From Candidatus Cloacimonadales bacterium (GTDB taxonomy: Bacteria; Cloacimonadota; Cloacimonadia; Cloacimonadales; JAFGVF01), in contig OY782781.1 in assembly GCA_963678315.1 (NCBI GenBank), positions 2,368,001 to 2,432,000 on the forward strand: 64,000 nucleotides of DNA, read 5' to 3'. The notes under the pieces were generated by a model. The model was not told the DNA's origin and did not search any database. It saw only the letters and a list, made by a program, of their open reading frames with translations. Positions within the stretch are counted from its first letter, which is position 1, and the number at the start of each line of letters is the position of its first letter. This document shows, in pieces, positions 9,421 through 19,572 of the stretch. Made by a program: the position numbers and the translations under genes.

Positions 9421-10620
9421 TTACTCCTTTATATTTTGTACTAGAGAAGTGTAAAATGCAACAGATTTGATTAAATCACCTCTCTTAACTTTTTCATTTG
9501 GAGCATGAGCTTGATCCTCATCTCCAGGGCCAAAACCAATACATTTTATTTCAGGGTGTTTACCCATTATAAACACGCAGTTTGTACTGAAAGTCCATTT
9601 ATCAATTATTGGCTCTGCATTAAATATATCAATATAAGCTCTTTTTGCAAATTTTAAATATTTAGAGTCTTCATTTAACAGCCAAGTAGGGTAATATTTC
9701 TCAACAGGGTATACTTTTCCTGTATATGCTTTTTCATGATAGTTAAGGACTTTTACTTTAGCATTAGGATATCCTGCTTTCTTACAACAATCTTCTAATT
9801 CCTGAACTGCTATTTCTTTGGTTTCACCAAGAGTTAAGCGTCTATCTACTTGTAAATAAACATAGTCAGAAACAGCACATTGTGAAGGAGAATCTGATTT
9901 CATCACAGAAACTGTTATAGTTCCTTTACCTAAGAAATCATCATGCCTTAATCTATCGTTAAGCTTTTCTATTTCCAGAGCGATTCTTGACATTTTGTAA
10001 ATAGCATTATCACCTCTTTCTGGAGCAGAGCCATGGCAAGATATACCATTAACCTCAATAGATATCTCCATACGTCCTCTATGCCCTCTGTAGATGTTAC
10101 AGCTGGTTGGTTCTGTACTAACGACTAATTCGGGAATAATCTTATCTTCTTTAATCATATGCTCCCAAGCAATACCATCGCAATCTTCTTCCATAACTGT
10201 CCCTGTAAACAACAGAGTAAAGTCATCTTGAAGATTTAGCTCTTTCATTAGATAGCCGGCATATATCATGGATGCGAGCCCACTCTTCTGATCTGAAGTT
10301 CCCCTGCCATATATATAGGTATCATCTATTTTACCTGAATATGGTGGTAAGTCCCAGTTAGATAAATTTCCTTCGTATACTGTATCAATATGGGCATCAA
10401 AAGCAATAATTCTTTGACCTGAACCAATACGACCAATTATAGAACCTAAAGCATCAATTCTTACTTCATCAAATCCTAACTTTTCCATCTCGTCTTTTAT
10501 TAACAGAACGACATCTTTCTCTTTACCTGAATATGATTTGCATTGGATTAATCTACTTAAGAATTCTGCGACTTGTGGTTCTAATTCTTTTGCTCTATTT
10601 AATATTTTATTCTCTGCCAT
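9421..10620 (-). CDS. ygeY: YgeY-family M20 metallo-hydrolase
   Basis: FDAHIDTV, GRGTSDQK, VMEEDCDG, GHRGRMEI, HGSAPERGDNAIYKM, WTFSTN, AHAPNE. Confidence 0.92.
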   Translation of the reverse strand: MAENKILNRAKELEPQVAEFLSRLIQCKSYSGKEKDVVLLIKDEMEKLGFDEVRIDALGSIIGRIGSGQRIIAFDAHIDTVYEGNLSNWDLPPYSGKIDDTYIYGRGTSDQKSGLASMIYAGYLMKELNLQDDFTLLFTGTVMEEDCDGIAWEHMIKEDKIIPELVVSTEPTSCNIYRGHRGRMEISIEVNGISCHGSAPERGDNAIYKMSRIALEIEKLNDRLRHDDFLGKGTITVSVMKSDSPSQCAVSDYVYLQVDRRLTLGETKEIAVQELEDCCKKAGYPNAKVKVLNYHEKAYTGKVYPVEKYYPTWLLNEDSKYLKFAKRAYIDIFNAEPIIDKWTFSTNCVFIMGKHPEIKCIGFGPGDEDQAHAPNEKVKRGDLIKSVAFYTSLVQNIKE

Positions 10621-11939
10621 TATAATCTCTCCCATAGTTTTTGTGCTAGTTCCCTTGACCTTTTATTAATGTCCTTCTCATTTAACCTATCTGTTAGTTT
10701 ATTGTTGTGCCACAAAATCTCCCCATTAGAAATGGTAGTTGATACATTTGCTTCTGCTAGACCGAAGATTAAGTGACCATAGTAGTTTGTTGCATTAAGT
10801 GGGGTAATTGGGTCATAATCAAGTAGTATCAAATCAGCTTGATAGCCCTCTTTTACCTTGCCTAAAGTGTATTCTTTCCAAATATTATTAGCAATGACAT
10901 AATTGTTAGAATAAAGAGTTGAAGCTACTTCTCCAAAGCCAATGCTTGGATTCTTATTTATCAGATGCTGTAGCCACAAAGAAGTTCTGACTTCTTGCCC
11001 CATTGAGTTAGTCATAGCATCGGTTCCTAATCCTACAAGAAGGCCTTTGTTTATCATCTTAGTAATATTAGCAATACCAACTGCATTATTAGCATTAGAT
11101 TGAGGATTATGCACAACTTTAGCCTTATATTTAGCTATTATATCCATATCTTCATCAGAAACATGAGTGCAGTGACCTAGAATAGTATTTTCATTTAACA
11201 TTCCATGATCAAGTAATCTTTTTACAACAGACATGCCATATTTACTTTGAGAATCTTCTTCGTCAGCTAAATCTTCTGAGACATGAATATGGTAACCTAT
11301 ATTATTTGAATTAGCTTTAATAATATCTTTTAACGTATTATTATTCAATGTAAAAGAAGCATGAAGTCCAAACAGTGATTTAACATTCTTGGAAATACAT
11401 AGATTACTAAAATCAACATTTTCTTTTATTCCTTCTTGGCATATAGCTTGACCATCTCTATCAGAAACTTCATAAGCTAGGCAGGATTTAATTCCAACAT
11501 GTTCACTTGCCTTCTTAATTTCAGATAATGACCCTGTAATAGCGAAAGGACTTGCATGATGATCAATAAAGCTGGTAACACCTTTTTTAACTCCATCTAT
11601 CATAGCAACTAAAGCACTGTAGTAAACATCCTCAAGGGTTAGCTTTTTGTCTAATCGCCACCACATATTCTCTAGTACTTCAACAAAGTTATCTGAACTA
11701 CTTATTCCTGTTATTCCTTTAGCAAAACTGCTATAGAAATGTGTGTGTGCGTTTACATAACTTGGCATCAATACCTTGTAAGATCCATCGATAACTACAT
11801 CATAATCACCTTCAGGAAGCTTGTTGTCAGAAGTAATATTCTTTATTTTGTCTCCTGAAACAATAACATTGCATCTTTCAATAAATGGATTTGATTCATC
11901 AAAAGTAATCACTTTAGCATTTTTAATTAGAATATTCAT
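10620..11939 (-). CDS. ssnA: SsnA-family amidohydrolase
   Basis: NAHTHFYSSFA, WWRLD, DHHASP, FGLHASFTL, HNPQSN, GLGTD; TAATG overlaps with both neighbours. Confidence 0.9.
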   Translation of the reverse strand: MNILIKNAKVITFDESNPFIERCNVIVSGDKIKNITSDNKLPEGDYDVVIDGSYKVLMPSYVNAHTHFYSSFAKGITGISSSDNFVEVLENMWWRLDKKLTLEDVYYSALVAMIDGVKKGVTSFIDHHASPFAITGSLSEIKKASEHVGIKSCLAYEVSDRDGQAICQEGIKENVDFSNLCISKNVKSLFGLHASFTLNNNTLKDIIKANSNNIGYHIHVSEDLADEEDSQSKYGMSVVKRLLDHGMLNENTILGHCTHVSDEDMDIIAKYKAKVVHNPQSNANNAVGIANITKMINKGLLVGLGTDAMTNSMGQEVRTSLWLQHLINKNPSIGFGEVASTLYSNNYVIANNIWKEYTLGKVKEGYQADLILLDYDPITPLNATNYYGHLIFGLAEANVSTTISNGEILWHNNKLTDRLNEKDINKRSRELAQKLWERL

Positions 11940-14398
11940 TAATCCCTCCATTCTTCTTTAGTGCGCTCTCTCATAAATAAGGCTTTACTGAAGCACTTTT
12001 GAACACAGATTGAGCATCCGATACATCTTGTTGCATCAGTAACAGGTATTTTATTATCATCTAGACTTATAGCTAAATAAGGACATCTTGTGCAATTACC
12101 ACAATGCTGACATAAATCAGGCTCTACATCGGAAATCCTCTTTATAGGAGAGATATCCATGAAGTCTTGTATTGGTTTTGGTAAGGCTTTACCAATAAGT
12201 TTATCTATATCTTTTATACCTTTTTCTAGCATTAAATACTTTAGCCCTTGCTTTAAGTCTCCTATGTAATCAAAACCTTTCTTCATAACTGCTGTACAAA
12301 TCTGTACTGTTTGACACCCTAATGCTAAGAAGTTGGCAGCATCTAAATAAGTCATTACTCCACCATTACCTGATATTATCATTTCTTCAGAGGAAGCTTT
12401 AGCTAATGTTAAGTTTGATATATATTTCACTGCATCACCAGACATACCTATCATTACTCCATCATCCCATTCTTTTTTGACATCTTGTCTGAAGTCTACA
12501 GCTGGGAATGAGTTAGCCAGGGTAACACCTGCTTTCTTATTTGGATACTTATTTAATACAGCTTTGATAGCCTTAAGAATAGGATTAATCGAAGTAACTG
12601 CACCTGTTAACTTAAATAACTTAGGTATGTTTGGGTCACTAACTTCCAGAATCCAATCAACTACTTTAGCTGTTAAAGCAGGATTTTGAGATACTATATC
12701 CCCTTCTGTGCCATCACCACCTTGTGGACATGACAAGCTATATTCGATTCCACCTACTCCAATTGCTTCTATCATTTTAGTGTTAGATTGCCAAACTAGC
12801 TTATCCTCAGAGTCGTTACCTGTTACAGGTCCACCTGTTGAAACTATGGTTAACTTCTCAGGGAATTCTTCAATCAGCCTCTTAGCATCAGCTAGTACTT
12901 GCTTTAAAGGAATTTCTGATACATTATCACAATTTGCATAAGTATCATCATTAAGTTTAAACATATAATCATGTGGAATATGAATATCTAAATCATCAAA
13001 TGCTGTTTTCATAACAGCACCTGACCATCCAGCTTTATACGCTTTTGCCACTTGCTCATATCCATCACTTGGTGGAGCAGCAGACAATAGATAAGGAGAA
13101 TCTATTTTCCTTCCAAAGAAGTCACTTTCTAAAGATATTTCATCAGTTGTAGAATCATTAAGCTCATAAAATGATTTGCATTTATTACTTGTATCAAGGT
13201 CAATGTATGAAGGTTTAAAGCAGTTAAGTACATTGATAGCACAGTTCCTACCATCGGCAACTGCTTCAACGACTGTCGTAGCATTATTCTTCATATCTCC
13301 ACAATAGAATAACTTATCATCATCTTTCTTTATAATGCTAGTTTTAGAACCAACAGCAAAAACGACATAGTCATAAAACATAGAATGGAAATCTGAGTTA
13401 GCTATTCTTTCTATCTTATCTAATCTAAATTCTTCTGAATCCATCATAACTCTCTGACAATGAAGCTTTAAACCATCAAGGTCTTTTTCTATTTCTTTTA
13501 CAGAAGTTCGGAAGTATATTCCAAATTTATTATTGAAGAACTCTGCTTTTTCATCACGACTTAGGTTCATCTCTGATAACATTTCCAGCATATAGAAGTC
13601 AATATATTCAGCATTTAGTGCTTTTGATTTAAGTGCGCAATCTATTGCAACAGCTCCACCTCCAATAATCGCCACTCTAGAATTCTCTTCTATATCATTG
13701 GCTGATAGAAATGACTTCCAGTCATGGGCATAGTCTTTACCATGAATATTAAGTTTGATAGCTTCATCTTGACCTGAAGCAATTACAACAGCATCATAGA
13801 TTGATTTAAACTTATCAATATCGTATATTGCAGTATTATTATAGACTCTTATGCTATCATGATTTATAGCATTATCAATATCAGAAGATAATGTATCTCT
13901 ATGCAATCTACTTTCAGGTATGTAATTACACATTCCTCCAAGTTCTTTATCACTTTCAAAAATATCTACCTTACAACCTTCATGTGCCAGAATATTAGCA
14001 CAAGCAATCCCTGCAGGTCCTCCCCCTATTATACCAACACGCTTATTAATATCTTTCTTTGTAGTAAATTGAGCTTTAAATCCTAATTCCTTGCCTTTCT
14101 TAATAATTGTTGATTGTATCTCAGGTATCTTGATTGGATTATCAAAATTAACTCTTGAACAAGCTGCCATACAATGATAATCAGGGCATACAGAACCGCA
14201 GATTCCCCCCAATATGTTCTTACTTAGGATAATAGAACTAGCCCTTTTGTAATCACTGTCTTTTCCTACTCTTATTGCTTCAATAAAATCTGCCGGAGAA
14301 CAGTTTACTGGACAGGCATCCATACAAGGTTTTTCTTCACAAAATAAACATCTATCTAATTCACTTAATAGTTGACCATGAGTTAAAACATTTCCCAT
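11939..14398 (-). CDS. Single-chain dihydropyrimidine-dehydrogenase-like oxidoreductase (GltD/PreT-like FeS-FAD-NAD(P) module + PreA/DHOD-like FMN barrel + 2x[4Fe-4S])
   Basis: RCLFCEEKPCMDACP, two GGG dinucleotide motifs, PYLLSAAPP, GAVMKT, SLSCPQG, CQHCGNCTRCP and CIGCSICVQKC. Confidence 0.85.
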   Translation of the reverse strand: MGNVLTHGQLLSELDRCLFCEEKPCMDACPVNCSPADFIEAIRVGKDSDYKRASSIILSKNILGGICGSVCPDYHCMAACSRVNFDNPIKIPEIQSTIIKKGKELGFKAQFTTKKDINKRVGIIGGGPAGIACANILAHEGCKVDIFESDKELGGMCNYIPESRLHRDTLSSDIDNAINHDSIRVYNNTAIYDIDKFKSIYDAVVIASGQDEAIKLNIHGKDYAHDWKSFLSANDIEENSRVAIIGGGAVAIDCALKSKALNAEYIDFYMLEMLSEMNLSRDEKAEFFNNKFGIYFRTSVKEIEKDLDGLKLHCQRVMMDSEEFRLDKIERIANSDFHSMFYDYVVFAVGSKTSIIKKDDDKLFYCGDMKNNATTVVEAVADGRNCAINVLNCFKPSYIDLDTSNKCKSFYELNDSTTDEISLESDFFGRKIDSPYLLSAAPPSDGYEQVAKAYKAGWSGAVMKTAFDDLDIHIPHDYMFKLNDDTYANCDNVSEIPLKQVLADAKRLIEEFPEKLTIVSTGGPVTGNDSEDKLVWQSNTKMIEAIGVGGIEYSLSCPQGGDGTEGDIVSQNPALTAKVVDWILEVSDPNIPKLFKLTGAVTSINPILKAIKAVLNKYPNKKAGVTLANSFPAVDFRQDVKKEWDDGVMIGMSGDAVKYISNLTLAKASSEEMIISGNGGVMTYLDAANFLALGCQTVQICTAVMKKGFDYIGDLKQGLKYLMLEKGIKDIDKLIGKALPKPIQDFMDISPIKRISDVEPDLCQHCGNCTRCPYLAISLDDNKIPVTDATRCIGCSICVQKCFSKALFMRERTKEEWRD

Positions 14399-14399
14399 C

Positions 14400-16694
14400 C
14401 TATACTCCTTTGCACTCTTCTATCGCCATCAAAACAGCCTCTGGTGTTGCTGGCATTCTTAGGTTAATTTCATCAGGTTTATTTGTTAAATAACTAATTG
14501 CATTCATGATAGATAACCAACCAGCTAATCCATATAGGAAAGGTGGTTCTCCAACTGCTTTCGAGCCTAATACACTAGCTTTTATATCATCTCTATATAC
14601 ATAATCTATTTTGAATTCTTCTGGAATATCATTTATTGTAGGAATCTTGTAAGTAGAAGGAGTAGAAGAAATATTCTGTCCTTTTTCATTAAATTTTACT
14701 TCTTCCATAGTACAATAACCAAGACCTTGAACCAAAGCCCCATATATCTGACCTTCATCAATATCTCTATTTAATGAATTACCATTGTCATGAACAACAT
14801 ATATCTTCTTGAAAACATAGTTACCTGTTAATAGGTCAATTTCACTAACTATTAGACAAGCTCCAAAGACATAATAAAAGAATGGTGTTCCCTTTCCTTT
14901 CTCCTTGTTGAAGCCAACTCCAGGTGTCTTATAGAAGCCATGAGCCCCTAAGTCTACACGTTTCATATAGGCAATTTTAGCTAGCTCTGGAAAATCTATA
15001 CTAATTTGTTTATTCTTCTTCCAATATACTTTATTCTCCTCAAAAACTACATGGTCTTTATCAATTTGACAATTAGCCTGTTCCTCAAAAATATCTATTG
15101 CAACATCAATCAGTCTATCTTTCAAAATCTCACAGGCAATCTTAGTAGCGTTACCGTTTAAATCTGTTCCTGAGGATGCTGCTGTTGGTGAAGAATTACC
15201 AATTCTCTTTGTATTGGTACTTTCATTCCTTACCCTATCTGAGGAAACACCTAAAGTTCTACATACAACCGATACAATCTTAGTATATAATTGCTGACCC
15301 ATTTCAATGCCACCATGACTCAAGGAAATAGACCCGTCGGAATATATCCAAACTAACGAAGAACCTTGATTTAGGAATCCTGCTGTAAATGATATACCAA
15401 ACTTGCCGGGTATTATTCCTATTCCCTGCTTCTTATATTTATTACTTTTGTTAAAGACATTTACTTGCTCTTTTAGTTGGCTATAGTTTGAGATTTCTTC
15501 TAATTTATCTAAAGCTTCTAAGCCTAAAGCATCGAATACTTCCATGCCGTAGTGTGCTTTATCCCCTTTTTTATAGATGTTTCTTTTTCTAATCTCAAGT
15601 CTGTCAATCCCAAGTTTATAAGCAATTCTCTCAATAGCAGCTTCAGTAGTAAGTATTGCTTGGGGAGCTCCAAAACCTCTAAATGCTGTATTAGGAGGAA
15701 GGTTTGTTCTATATGAATTACCATATACTTCTAGATTAGCTATATAATAGCCACTGTCTATATGCAGAAGTCCTCTTTCTAGAATTGCATGAGAGAGGTC
15801 GATAAAAGCGCCTCCATTTGATCTAAGATAAACACTGTAATCTAAGATTTGACCATCTTTGCTATAGGCTACTTTATACTTATTTTTGAATTGATGTCGT
15901 TTACCAGTCCATGAAACATCGTCTTTTCTTTCAAGTTCTAAATAAACAGGCTTTTTCATTACTGAAGACGCTAGAGTTGTCAACGATGCCCAGAGTGTAG
16001 CTTGTGCTTCTTTTCCTCCAAAAGCACCACCCAGCCTTCTTACATCAACGGTTATATGATTTGAAGCTAAGCCTAAGATTCGGCTACAAACATCTTGTAT
16101 CTCAGAAACACCCTGAGTAGAGCTATATACTGTGTAATAATCATTTTCTTCTGGAATTGTTAAACATCTTTGTGTTTCAAAATAGAAATGTTCTTGGAAA
16201 CCTACTTCTAATTCTCCAGATATTTCTCCAGCGACTTCTTCAATCTTGTTATCCTTACGGATTATCTTTCTTGCTTCAGTGTATTCCAAACCTGCAGCAA
16301 TGGCATCATCAAGCTCAGTATATGCTGGTAGCTCTTCATATTCAACCTGTATCTTTCTGCTTAGGATTATTGATTTTTCTCTGTCATCTGTTATTATTAA
16401 GGCAATAGGCTGTCCCACATATGTAACTATATCATCAGGAAGTAGAGGTTGATAGTCTCCATTTCCATGAGCAATATCATTTTTACCAGGTATATCTTGA
16501 GCTTTTATAATTTTATAATCGTAGCCTTCTTTATCTATCTTGTCTGTGTTAATATTAATTATTTTCCCTTTAGCAAGAGAGCTAACTATTGGATAGGCAT
16601 ATAAACAGTTATACTCATGAGTTTTATTTTTTATAAAAGTTGATAAGCCTGTAACATGCAGTTTTCCCGATAAGTGCTTCATGTTATTCTTCAT
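14400..16694 (-). CDS. xdhB: Xanthine dehydrogenase molybdopterin-binding subunit (Rhodobacter/eukaryote-like XdhB)
   Basis: QEHFYFETQ, GGAFGGKE, ILERGLLH, TAFRGFGAPQ, KFGISFT, SPTAASSGTDLNG, SKAVGEPP. Confidence 0.92.
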   Translation of the reverse strand: MKNNMKHLSGKLHVTGLSTFIKNKTHEYNCLYAYPIVSSLAKGKIININTDKIDKEGYDYKIIKAQDIPGKNDIAHGNGDYQPLLPDDIVTYVGQPIALIITDDREKSIILSRKIQVEYEELPAYTELDDAIAAGLEYTEARKIIRKDNKIEEVAGEISGELEVGFQEHFYFETQRCLTIPEENDYYTVYSSTQGVSEIQDVCSRILGLASNHITVDVRRLGGAFGGKEAQATLWASLTTLASSVMKKPVYLELERKDDVSWTGKRHQFKNKYKVAYSKDGQILDYSVYLRSNGGAFIDLSHAILERGLLHIDSGYYIANLEVYGNSYRTNLPPNTAFRGFGAPQAILTTEAAIERIAYKLGIDRLEIRKRNIYKKGDKAHYGMEVFDALGLEALDKLEEISNYSQLKEQVNVFNKSNKYKKQGIGIIPGKFGISFTAGFLNQGSSLVWIYSDGSISLSHGGIEMGQQLYTKIVSVVCRTLGVSSDRVRNESTNTKRIGNSSPTAASSGTDLNGNATKIACEILKDRLIDVAIDIFEEQANCQIDKDHVVFEENKVYWKKNKQISIDFPELAKIAYMKRVDLGAHGFYKTPGVGFNKEKGKGTPFFYYVFGACLIVSEIDLLTGNYVFKKIYVVHDNGNSLNRDIDEGQIYGALVQGLGYCTMEEVKFNEKGQNISSTPSTYKIPTINDIPEEFKIDYVYRDDIKASVLGSKAVGEPPFLYGLAGWLSIMNAISYLTNKPDEINLRMPATPEAVLMAIEECKGV

Positions 16695-18163
16695 CTTTTA
16701 TACTCCTCTTGTAGTCTGTTTAAGTGCTTTATAATATGATTTCTAATAAGAACTTGTCTAAATTCACGACTTCCCCTCACATCACTAATTGGTGTAAACT
16801 CATTCTCAATTTCACTAGCTATAAGATTAATATCTAAATCTTCAATTCTTTGATTAATTATCTTAGTAGGAATACTTATGCTTAATTTAGGATATGCAGC
16901 AACACCACCAAATGAGAATCTTGATATTCCAATACGACCTTTTTGAAAATGTATTGAAGCAAAGGAGCAAACTGAAGAAATATCTAATGTAATTCTTTTA
17001 GAAGATTTTATAAAGCTATGAAAGACAGATTCTTCTAAAGGTATTTTAATTTCTTTTATAATCTCATTATTGATTAGAACTGTCTCTTTGTATCCTTTAT
17101 AGAATTGATCTATAGAAACTTCTCTTTCACCATCTAGTCCAAACAAGACTAGCCTAGCATTTAGTCCTACTAAAGCTGTAGCACAATCACCGACTGGTGA
17201 TGCATTGCCTATATTTCCTCCAATAGAAGCAATATTCCTAATCTGCTTAGAAGCCATCTTTGAAACAACTTTGCTTAATATTGGTAATTTATCTAGTACT
17301 GTCATATCAGTCCTAATGGACTCCAAACTTGTACATGCCCCAATGATTAGATTAGAATCTTTGCATTCAATCTTCTTGAGTTCGGGAATATAGCTAATAT
17401 CCAAGTAATTCTTAAAGTAGTTTTTGGCAATATTACCAACCACATATAAATCAGTAGCCCCAGCTACTACCTTAAACAGCCCTTTGCCCTTAAGTTTATT
17501 AACCATTTCTAGATATTTATCAAGACTTTTAACAAGATAGTAACCATCAATATTTTTTATTAGATGTTGCTCATTTTCAACATCTTTTGTTTCGTAAGTT
17601 AATTCTTTTAACTTTGATATACCAGTAGAAAGGAAATCAAGTAGTTCACTTTTTGCATGTTCATTATAGTAATTCAATATTTTTTTTAGTCCTTGAATAA
17701 TATGAACATAGCCTGTACATCTACATAAATTACCTTCTAAAGATTTCTTCAATTCCTCGTAAGTATAGTCATTTTCATTTGCTAAATAAGAGAAAATTGA
17801 CATTATAATACCCGGTGTACAGTATCCACATTGAGTACCATAATTATCATATAAGATTCTTTGAATTGGATGTAACTTCTCAGGATTATCCCCCATACCT
17901 TCAACAGTCACGACCATGCAATTATTTATCTTTTCTGCTGGCAAGATACAGGAGTTAACTGCTCTATAAATCACATTACCTGTATTCTTATTGTAGCGCC
18001 CAAGTGTTATGGTACATGCACCACAATCACCTTCATTACATGCCTTTTTTGTCCCTAGAAACCTATATTCTTCTTGTAATAACTCTAATAATGTTGTCCC
18101 AGGTTTTATTGTTACTGTTTTAACATCATTATTTAGAATAAATTTAATCTTTCTTTCAATCAT
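16691..18163 (-). CDS. xdhA: Xanthine dehydrogenase FeS/FAD subunit
   Basis: GTKKACNEGDCGACT, QCGYCTPG, GNLCRCTGY, AGATD, QIRNIASIGGNIGNASPVGD, PISDVRGS. Confidence 0.92.
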   Translation of the reverse strand: MIERKIKFILNNDVKTVTIKPGTTLLELLQEEYRFLGTKKACNEGDCGACTITLGRYNKNTGNVIYRAVNSCILPAEKINNCMVVTVEGMGDNPEKLHPIQRILYDNYGTQCGYCTPGIIMSIFSYLANENDYTYEELKKSLEGNLCRCTGYVHIIQGLKKILNYYNEHAKSELLDFLSTGISKLKELTYETKDVENEQHLIKNIDGYYLVKSLDKYLEMVNKLKGKGLFKVVAGATDLYVVGNIAKNYFKNYLDISYIPELKKIECKDSNLIIGACTSLESIRTDMTVLDKLPILSKVVSKMASKQIRNIASIGGNIGNASPVGDCATALVGLNARLVLFGLDGEREVSIDQFYKGYKETVLINNEIIKEIKIPLEESVFHSFIKSSKRITLDISSVCSFASIHFQKGRIGISRFSFGGVAAYPKLSISIPTKIINQRIEDLDINLIASEIENEFTPISDVRGSREFRQVLIRNHIIKHLNRLQEEYKR

Positions 18164-18200
18164 AAAACCTCTATTAACTGATTATGCTTAATGATTTATC

Positions 18201-19415
18201 TTACAATAATTTATCTCCTCCAATAAATATAGATTTGATTTTATTGTTACTATTTACAAATATTAACTGTGCCAGCATCTCATCTATACTAGCATTACTG
18301 TTTATGTTTAAAACTACTAAATCTGCTTCTTTACCTATCTCAATTGAACCTATTTGACTTTCTTTAGATAAGACTTTTGCATTACCTAATGTAGCTAAAT
18401 AAAACAATTCTCTAACCTCAATTGACTTACTCTGCATATAGTTAGCCATTTTCATGTGATAGAACATATCTAACTGCGTACCTCCAGCAACATCAGAGGC
18501 TAGTCCAATTGAAAGACCTTCATCTCTTAGTTTAAAATAGGGAAATCTTCCTGATTTTAAAAAGAAGTTTGAGTCTGGACAATGAGCTATTTTTGTTCCT
18601 GTATCCTTAATGAGCTTTATCTCTTTGTCATCAAGATGAATACAATGTCCCAGAATAGTTTTAGCTGTTAGCAAATGATTCTTGAAGTATACATCAGTAT
18701 AAGAATCATAGCCAGGAAATAAAGACTTAACTAATTGTATTTCATTATGGTTTTCTGAAAGATGTGTTTGTATATATTTGTCATTCTTACTTGCATAAGA
18801 ACCAATATCTTTCATAAGCTTTTCTGTACAAACAGGTGCAAACCTTGGAGTAAAAACATAGTTTAATCTATCTACATTATCCCATTTTTCACATAATTCA
18901 ATTGATTGTCTTAGACTCATATCAGTGCTTTCTTGAAGATAATCAGGACAATTAGAATCCATGGCTATTTTCCCTATAAGAGCTCTGTATCCTTTGGATT
19001 TGGCCACTTGGAAGGCAATATCTGTTGCATTACTAGAAGAAGTTACATATATTGCTGCACAGGTGGTTCCATTTGCTATTAAGTTATCAAAAAAATCTTC
19101 TGCCACTTCTTTAGCATATTGACTTTGCTTGAGCTTGTTCTCTTCAGGGAAAGTATAAGTATTCAGCCACTCCAATAAATCTGATTTATACGAACCTCTT
19201 ATATTCCATTGAGCTAAATGAACATGCGAATCAATCAAACCCGGAATAAGGACATTGTCTGAATAATCTAATATGTCTTTACAACATTCAGACTCATCTT
19301 GATATGGTCTCATATCTATAATTTTATTATTATCGACTACTATTAGGTAGTCTTTAAGAAATTCTATATCCCTATTTTCTGTAGGGTTAAGTATATTACA
19401 TCTTATTTTAATCAT
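18201..19415 (-). CDS. guaD: Guanine deaminase
   Basis: PGLIDSHVHLAQ, LLEWLNTYTFPEE, TPRFAP, QTHLSEN, HCPDSNFFLKSG, SDVAGG. Confidence 0.92.
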   Translation of the reverse strand: MIKIRCNILNPTENRDIEFLKDYLIVVDNNKIIDMRPYQDESECCKDILDYSDNVLIPGLIDSHVHLAQWNIRGSYKSDLLEWLNTYTFPEENKLKQSQYAKEVAEDFFDNLIANGTTCAAIYVTSSSNATDIAFQVAKSKGYRALIGKIAMDSNCPDYLQESTDMSLRQSIELCEKWDNVDRLNYVFTPRFAPVCTEKLMKDIGSYASKNDKYIQTHLSENHNEIQLVKSLFPGYDSYTDVYFKNHLLTAKTILGHCIHLDDKEIKLIKDTGTKIAHCPDSNFFLKSGRFPYFKLRDEGLSIGLASDVAGGTQLDMFYHMKMANYMQSKSIEVRELFYLATLGNAKVLSKESQIGSIEIGKEADLVVLNINSNASIDEMLAQLIFVNSNNKIKSIFIGGDKLL

Positions 19416-19572
19416 TCTTCTTCCTTCCGTAAATTCTAGATTGTAGTTTTTTTTATAACTTGTAAAGATTTTTCTTTATAATTCCGTAAATAATGATGTT
19501 TATTAGATGAAATTGTAGTAGTTAAATGGAATTATTGAAGGGGTATCAAGTTCACACCTTGTGAGCGTAGAA

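Noticed and set aside
601..18163. Selenocysteine read-through in the Mo-hydroxylase cluster
   Set aside because: All ORFs appear full length with no in-frame TGA splitting a domain
19416..19572. Purine riboswitch upstream of guaD
   Set aside because: CCGTAAA occurs twice, but on the strand opposite guaD, and the TTTCTACC and ATATGG core elements are not present
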